A program made the position numbers and the translations under genes. The notes beneath the pieces were generated by a model. The model was not told where the DNA came from. It did no database searches and was given only the letters and a program-made list of their open reading frames with translations. A stretch of DNA of 64,000 nt from Eledone cirrhosa (Eukaryota): contig OZ024740.1 in the NCBI GenBank assembly GCA_964016885.1, forward strand, positions 408,084,001 through 408,148,000, given 5' to 3'. Position 1 is the stretch's first letter, and each line of letters begins with the position of its first letter. Positions 62,592-64,000 of this stretch are shown here, in pieces.

Positions 62592-63483
62592 ACTGCGGAG
62601 TACCTCCGCAAGATTGGAACATCAGTGCCCCGTCTGAGGAAGGAGCCCCGCAAGGTGGGGTGGCTGGCTATTGTTTGCAGGAGTTCTTTTGCTGTCTTGT
62701 CAGCAGGGCGCAGCCTCATTGCCACCACGCCCTACACCCAGAGCCCCCCCCCCCCACACACACACTCTCTTCTGTTTGCGTGTGTGTATAGTGCTTTGTT
62801 TGATGTGCGTTCGTGATTGGGTGACTGTGTATTGGTTAATGTATTCTATGTTTACTAGTGTGTGTTTATGTGTTTGTTGTTATTGTGCTTGTCTATGTAT
62901 TTATTTATTTATTTATTTATCTATTTATTTATTTATTTATACTTCTCTTAGGTCAGTGTTGTTTGTTTGGATGTTGTTGTTATTCCATTCATTCTTTCTG
63001 TTTAGTCTTGGCCTTCTAAGTTCTATTTCACTGGCCTCTCTGATTTGCCTATCTGCTGGGTCATTTCTATGTTTAGATATTATTCTAATTTCTATGTTGT
63101 CTATGTTACCGTTGTGTTGTTGTCTGGCATGTTCGTATAGTACTGACCCGTTTTTTCGTCCTTTTAGTTCCCCCCAGTGTTGGTCTATCCTTTCACCTAT
63201 GCTACGAGCTGTCTCGCCTATGTATGTTGTTGTCATGTTTCTGCAAGTACCCTCTGTACATCTTATGCTATAGACTACGTTTCTAGTTTTACAGTTTATC
63301 CGGGGGTTTACCTTACATATCATACATTTCCTATTAGTACAGTGGGTTTTCTTAAAAGGGTAGGTTTTGCTGATCAGGGATTTTATGGTGGTTCCTGGCT
63401 TTTCTACCACCTTAATCTTTAAGTGGGTCTTTCTCAGGGCCTTTCTACACTGGTTAGCTAATTTCCCTCCAGGGGTAGCATCC
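62592..63483 (-). mobile_element. Penelope-like element (Neptune-like) GIY-YIG region and 3' end
   Basis: ORF 62937-63485 has KVVEKPG, Cys-rich CTNRKCMIC...C, NVVYSIRC, YIGETARS..ER..QH and RQIREA...LNRKNEW. Confidence 0.9.
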
Positions 63484-63552
63484 ACAAAACGGGTCAGTAC
63501 TATACGAACATGCCAGACAACACAACGGTAACATAGACAACATAGAAATTAG

Positions 63553-64000
63553 AAATTAGCTAACCAGTGTAGAAAGGCCCTGAGAAAGACCCACTTAAAG
63601 ATTAAGGTGGTAGAAAAGCCAGGAACCACCATAAAATCCCTGATCAGCAAAACCTACCCTTTTAAGAAAACCCACTGTACTAATAGGAAATGTATCATAT
63701 GTAAGGTAAACCCCCGGATAAACTGTAAAACTAGAAACGTAGTCTATAGCATAAGATGTACAGAGGGTACTTGCAGAAACATGACAACAACATACATAGG
63801 CGAGACAGCTCGTAGCATAGGTGAAAGGATAGACCAACACTGGGGGGAACTAAAAGGACGAAAAAACGGGTCAGTACTATACGAACATACCAGACAACAA
63901 CACAACGGTAACATAGACAACATAGAAATTAGAATAATATCTAAACATAGAAATGACCCAGCAGATAGGCAAATCAGAGAGGCCAGTGAAATAGAACTTA
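63553..64000 (+). mobile_element. Inverted second copy of the same Penelope GIY-YIG region, running off the window end
   Basis: Reverse complement of 63017-63464 with very few differences. Confidence 0.92.

Noticed and set aside
59844-62728. YI/IY-rich ORFs
   Set aside because: Translations of (TA)n microsatellites.

Overview
Eukaryotic, AT-rich, repeat-dense animal genomic DNA. The (TA)n/(CA)n/(CAT)n microsatellites and SINE/LINE repertoire look like a coleoid cephalopod such as Octopus (inference from remembered repeat families, not a database hit). No complete cellular gene is visible. There is one plausible isolated coding exon (~22.55-22.73 kb) and one promoter-like spot with paired CCGGAAGT ETS motifs (~35.8 kb). 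The first 48 kb hold two tRNA-derived SINE families, TTAA-flanked piggyBac-type MITEs, decayed LINE fragments (RTE, Vingi/Ingi-like, CR1, R4/Dong-like) and three minisatellites, two of which derive from RTE LINE sequence. The last 16 kb are a chain of young elements mostly separated by (TA)n tracts: a foldback element, a near-intact RTE LINE with a PHD-like finger inside its RT, a Naiad-like Penelope fragment, an apparently full-length CR1-group LINE, a second RTE family and an inverted Neptune-like Penelope GIY-YIG duplication. The strongest lead is the CR1 ORF1/ORF2 junction. It has an in-phase G_GGA_AAC slippery heptamer just before the ORF1 stop, an ATG-less ORF2 in the -1 frame and a perfect 15-bp hairpin downstream, which together suggest a programmed -1 ribosomal frameshift.
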